Below, piece by piece: positions 25,324-29,380 of a stretch of 29,380 nucleotides of DNA (position 1 is the stretch's first letter; each line of letters starts with the position of its first letter). The stretch covers positions 1-29,380 of IMG/VR virus record IMGVR_UViG_3300020045_005537, one strand, 5' to 3'. The position numbers and the translations under genes are program-made. The notes beneath the pieces are model-generated. The model was not told where the DNA came from, did not search any database, and was given only the letters and a program-made list of their open reading frames with translations. This DNA comes from a virus. Taxonomy: Duplodnaviria > Caudoviricetes.

Positions 25324-25776
25324 TTATGCCTTGAGTGCTTTCAGTGCTTTCAGTTCGTCCAGCGTCAAGCCGGGATGTGCCAGCAAAGTGATATTGCGCA
25401 ATCGGTTCTTTTCCGCAACGATAACCGCAGTCGGCTTACCCTCCTCGATTGCCCGCATATACTGTGTATCCAAATCCGCCAATAACGGCGCACGTTCGCG
25501 CCTGAGCCGCTCTTTGGTTATCTCGACGCATTGGCCTTTGTCGTGGGTTAAGTCGTGCTTGAGCGCGTTTCTAAACGTCCTGTCCGTTGGTATCTCGTTG
25601 TCCTGCACGATGCGCACGTTGATAGCGTCCGCCGGTACGTCTCGATCCCGGATGAACTCGATATACTCCTGTTCGGTCATGCCTTCGACCTCTGGCAACT
25701 GTTTGGCTACTGCCGCTTGCGCTCCGGGGGTCATGATCGACGTGCCGCCGTCGGCTCGGGTAAATACGATTTTCAT
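25324..25776 (-). CDS. Tail fibre assembly/chaperone-like protein
   Basis: Directly follows the fibre gene. 'IP.DRTFRNA' and 'R.ER.PLL..LD..YMRA.E.......I...K..LR.IT'. Confidence 0.6.
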   Translation of the reverse strand: MKIVFTRADGGTSIMTPGAQAAVAKQLPEVEGMTEQEYIEFIRDRDVPADAINVRIVQDNEIPTDRTFRNALKHDLTHDKGQCVEITKERLRRERAPLLADLDTQYMRAIEEGKPTAVIVAEKNRLRNITLLAHPGLTLDELKALKALKA

Positions 25777-27069
25777 TTATTGGTCTCCAAAAGCAACTGC
25801 AAAATATAATAGAGGATCAACAAGCGTAGTTGCATCTTGAGCGCATTGAATCTCAAATACGCCAGCTGCCAAGCTGCCAGAGCCATTATCAATCCCGGCA
25901 TAGCATTTGTTGGCTGCCCTATCAACGCTAGCAACGACGGAATAATGTCCGCTAGAAAAATCCGTTGCTATATTTACGGTCGCTCTTCCGGTAGCAGTAT
26001 CAGTTACGCTTGTTATATTATGACTGGCGGAAATCGACCCTGCGTCATCACATTTAACCCATGCTTTTGCAACGCCTGGATGCCAATTCGTATTGCCCGC
26101 CGTGGCAAACTGCGTTGTGCTGCTGGCCGCCTCCATTTGCGCCTGGCTTGCCGCTTGTCCAAGTACAAAGGCGGTCGTGGCAAGCTGGGTGGTATTGGTG
26201 TCCTCGGCTGCGGTTGGTGCCGTTGGCGTGCCGGTAAAGGATACGTTAGCAAATATAGTACCCAAAGGAATTAGTTCCGCCGCCGTCCCCGCGGCATTGA
26301 TAACAAGATCATATAATTGACCTGTAACCAGTTCGCCTCCGGTTAAAGCGGCCCCTTGGTTTTGTATGGCTATGGTGCCAAGGCCGGATATATTTACCGT
26401 GGCTGCGGTCGTGTTGGTATAACCAGCCGAAAAAGTAAATCGAGCCCCCGGCTGATAAGCTTTTATGGCTACGTCCGGCGTTAGAACATGAGCATTTGCT
26501 GATCCGGCGGATGTTGCACACCAGCCTCTAGGGATGTGATTAGGGCCTAACGGTATCAGATAAGCATAAGTTGCCGTGGGCAAGAAAAGTTCATAGATAA
26601 TATTCCCTAACGCAATATCGCCGGCTGCTAAGTTAGCGCCGCTTTTATACACAGGAATAGCCGCGAGCCCGCTAATCGCTACGGTCACTACACTTGTATT
26701 TGTCGCGCTTGCCTTGAAAACAAAGCGCTGCCCGGCTGCATAAGCCGTGATAGCCGGTGATGGCGTAAGCGTTAACGCGTCCGCCGTTCCGCCGGCCGTG
26801 CCGCACCATTGCGTTGAGCCGTCCTGTACCTGTCCAAGCCTGGCCGAATCGGTCGCCGCCGATCCCGCGCCCAGCCCGGTAAATTTGAACGTTGCCATCG
26901 GGATATTGGCGGTAATGGTCGTTTGACCATCCCGCGCAATCGATTCGGTTAACGCCGTGCCAATGTCGTTAATTGTATTATTGAATTTCGATGCTTCAAT
27001 CAGCGTGTTTGCTACCGCTGGAAAGCTTGAACCTGGTGGCGAGTAGACGCCTGAGCCGTTGCGGGACAT
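25777..27069 (-). CDS. Tail fibre protein
   Basis: Podovirus-type N-terminal adaptor 'MSRNGSGVYS.P', two roughly 85-aa repeats, and the fibre repeat 'FTGTPTAPT....TNTTQLATTAFV'. Confidence 0.8.
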   Translation of the reverse strand: MSRNGSGVYSPPGSSFPAVANTLIEASKFNNTINDIGTALTESIARDGQTTITANIPMATFKFTGLGAGSAATDSARLGQVQDGSTQWCGTAGGTADALTLTPSPAITAYAAGQRFVFKASATNTSVVTVAISGLAAIPVYKSGANLAAGDIALGNIIYELFLPTATYAYLIPLGPNHIPRGWCATSAGSANAHVLTPDVAIKAYQPGARFTFSAGYTNTTAATVNISGLGTIAIQNQGAALTGGELVTGQLYDLVINAAGTAAELIPLGTIFANVSFTGTPTAPTAAEDTNTTQLATTAFVLGQAASQAQMEAASSTTQFATAGNTNWHPGVAKAWVKCDDAGSISASHNITSVTDTATGRATVNIATDFSSGHYSVVASVDRAANKCYAGIDNGSGSLAAGVFEIQCAQDATTLVDPLLYFAVAFGDQ

Positions 27070-27078
27070 AATTACTCC

Positions 27079-28830
27079 TTATTGATTAATCGCCCCGGCA
27101 CTTGCGGCCTGGCTGTATTGTCTGATTCTATCAAGCGCCGGATTGCCCCGCGCCTGCGCCCTTTGCATAGCGTTCATTGTATCAATTACCCGCTGTAATC
27201 GCTCGGGATTCAACAAGGCGTCATCTAAAACGTGCTTACCGCGCGTCACGCCTAGGGCATTTAGAGCCATTAAGCCTTTCGATACCATGGGCGAGCCGGT
27301 TAACCCGGTCAAACCGTCCTTTGCCAAGCTTGCAAATAAAGGTGCCGTCTGCGATCCCGCTGTCGCCTGCACGCCTGCACGCGCCTGCTCAATCTTGTTC
27401 ATCATGTCGATGACATCATTCAGCTTTGCGCGGCTAGTGTCTCCTATGGTGGATACATAGCCTTTCTTGCCAAGGTTCATGTAAGTCTCGGCATCCGCCG
27501 CCTTACGCAAGGCCGCCGGGGTCATCAAGGGAATGTCGGTGCCAAAAACTTTTTTACTGGTCTCGAACTTGTCCAGGATGTTTTGAAACGACCGGCCTTC
27601 CTCGATCGGCTTCATGCCTTCGCCGTGCTTATCAAGGTACTTCTGCCATGTGCCGCCTGACGCTTCGTCAAGCGCGTCATCAATTTGCTTGGTTATTTCG
27701 ACCACGGTGCTGCGATTGGATTTTGCGGCGTTGGTAAGTTCGTCAGGCGCCAAGGTCTTTAGGTTAAGCTTGTCCTTCAATTCCTTTCTAAGCGTGTAAA
27801 GGTCTTGCGCCAAAGATTTTGACTCGGCTTTTCCGGTCGTTGGGTCGACTGACTTAATCAGCGCTTTATCCAGACGATTAAGCAAAGGAATGCCGTCGGA
27901 TTCTCTGAATCCTGGTTCCTGTCGCTTGGCCGCTGAATAGGCCAGTAATTTCTCACGAAATACCTGCGCGTTGTCATTAGCTGATTTGTAAGCCAAATCG
28001 CGCATTGGCCCCGTCTTTGCATTCAGCGCGTCTTGCGCCAAATTAGCGCTCATATCAGACCTTGCGTTCTGTTCCAGTGCTTTGTATGCCTGTCCTGTAT
28101 TCGCCGCGTCACGGGCAAAAAAACCGGCAGGATTGCGCACGCGGGCATTCATTTCAAGTTGCACGAAGCGAGGGTCATCGGTTAGCATTGCCGCCGTTGG
28201 TTTTACGTCAGGTACGCGGCCAAACTTGGGAATGGGTGGTCCTATCATATCGGCAGGCTGCGGACGGGTAAAGCTGGGCGCTCGCGTGGGTAAAGCTTGT
28301 CGCTCTAGTTCCCTCATAATCTGCCGCGCGGCGTTCTTGTCGCCGGTGAACGGGACTGAAGCAATGTCGTAAGCTTTCTTTGCGGCCAAAGGCAATACGC
28401 CTGCTGCGCCAGACACTAACCCGGTGATGCCCGCCGCCGCCGCCCGCTGCTGTAAATCGCCCGGTGTCGTTGCCCCGCTTAGCGCGGACTGCTCTAGAGC
28501 TACTTTGGTAAGGCTACCGCCTGGCAAGGCAAAATAAGGCGCTGCCGCGCCGACAAGCCTGCCTGCGCCTCCGGCGAATCCGGTTGCCTTTTCGATTCCT
28601 TCCTGTCCTGCCTTCAATATAGGATTTTCGCCCTTAATTGAATCTGGGAATAAATCGACGATGCCGCCCAATGATTTTAGCGTCTCGCCGCCGACACCGC
28701 TTAAAAATGCACTAGGTGGCGTTAGCTCTTTGGTTTGCTCAAGCCGTTTTGCAATAGCGTCCTCAAGCTCCGTATCGCCGGTGTCAATGGCAAGCTTGTA
28801 GTCTTTTAAAAGCTGCTCTCTATTGTCCAT
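27079..28830 (-). CDS. Internal virion (DNA ejection) protein
   Basis: 583 aa, helical, with Gly/Ala-rich amphipathic segments. Lies upstream of the tail fibre. Confidence 0.6.
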   Translation of the reverse strand: MDNREQLLKDYKLAIDTGDTELEDAIAKRLEQTKELTPPSAFLSGVGGETLKSLGGIVDLFPDSIKGENPILKAGQEGIEKATGFAGGAGRLVGAAAPYFALPGGSLTKVALEQSALSGATTPGDLQQRAAAAGITGLVSGAAGVLPLAAKKAYDIASVPFTGDKNAARQIMRELERQALPTRAPSFTRPQPADMIGPPIPKFGRVPDVKPTAAMLTDDPRFVQLEMNARVRNPAGFFARDAANTGQAYKALEQNARSDMSANLAQDALNAKTGPMRDLAYKSANDNAQVFREKLLAYSAAKRQEPGFRESDGIPLLNRLDKALIKSVDPTTGKAESKSLAQDLYTLRKELKDKLNLKTLAPDELTNAAKSNRSTVVEITKQIDDALDEASGGTWQKYLDKHGEGMKPIEEGRSFQNILDKFETSKKVFGTDIPLMTPAALRKAADAETYMNLGKKGYVSTIGDTSRAKLNDVIDMMNKIEQARAGVQATAGSQTAPLFASLAKDGLTGLTGSPMVSKGLMALNALGVTRGKHVLDDALLNPERLQRVIDTMNAMQRAQARGNPALDRIRQYSQAASAGAINQ

Positions 28831-28831
28831 G

Positions 28832-29380
28832 TCATTGCCCTAAATAGCGTTTTCTGGCCTCAATCCGTGCCGCTTCTTTGTCGTCGATTGGCGTTTCTTC
28901 CGTTGGCGCTTCAATACCGGCTGCTCTCGCGATTCTGGATTTCCTCGCATTAAGCAAACGCAAGCCTTCATCAAGCATCTCTTGGTTGATGTCACCGCCG
29001 GTATCGATAGTTTCTTGCGTGCTTTTGATCCACTCGCCTTCCTTGTTTGATAGCTGCCCAAAAGATACTCCGCCCGCCTTGAATGCGCCAATGGCTTTGA
29101 CTGCCAGCGTGTTATAGCCCTTCTCAAGCCGCTGTAAATCTTCGCCGCCGGTTATCGAGTTTGGCCCCATCTTTCTTAGTGCGGCAATCAATGGGCTTCC
29201 GGCAATCGGGCCGCTTGTGGTTCTGGCTTGAATAGCCTTCAATCGGTTAAAGTCTCCAATAGTGTCATCTATATTTGAAACGGCATCTTGCGCGTCAAGC
29301 GCTTTCTTTTCCTCTTTCTGTGCCGCTGTCCATTGCTGGAACTCACTCATAGGCTTGAGCGTCGATGCTGCAATAGCGGC
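28832..29380 (-). CDS. Internal virion protein (C-terminal part; 5' end outside window)
   Basis: The frame stays open to the window edge (AAIAASTLKP-MSEF...). 'G..FGQLSNKEG' motif typical of ejection proteins. Confidence 0.55.
   Translation of the reverse strand, partial: AAIAASTLKPMSEFQQWTAAQKEEKKALDAQDAVSNIDDTIGDFNRLKAIQARTTSGPIAGSPLIAALRKMGPNSITGGEDLQRLEKGYNTLAVKAIGAFKAGGVSFGQLSNKEGEWIKSTQETIDTGGDINQEMLDEGLRLLNARKSRIARAAGIEAPTEETPIDDKEAARIEARKRYLGQ

Noticed and set aside
1-29380. Integrase, att site, CI repressor or diversity-generating retroelement
   Set aside because: No recombinase, LexA/S24-type repressor, RT or TR/VR pair is seen. Lifestyle cannot be determined because part of the genome lies outside the window.

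Overview
This window is about 29 kb of a tailed dsDNA phage genome, podovirus-like and probably circularly permuted. It contains no host genes, integrase, DNA polymerase, tRNA or CRISPR array that I can see. The left arm (minus strand) is the head/packaging module: TerS, TerL, portal, three inserted genes including a Kelch-type propeller protein, scaffold, major capsid, and an HNH-type endonuclease cut by the edge. The middle (plus strand) is the early/replication module: an iteron-rich putative origin, primase-PriCT2-AAA helicase, Sak4-like ATPase, SSB-like protein, Gp157, SF2 helicase, VRR-NUC and many small ORFs. The right arm (minus strand) holds internal virion proteins, a tail fibre, an LPD23/zincin protein and the lysis cassette. 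The least explained signal is non-coding: a roughly 590-nt densely base-paired intergenic region (19307-19900), a stem-loop architecture that recurs in the lysis cassette, two c4-like antisense/attenuator switches, and an RBS-sequestering hairpin on the endonuclease gene. There is also an in-frame amber codon splitting an otherwise continuous gene. All calls come from reading motifs by eye; no searches or folding programs were run.
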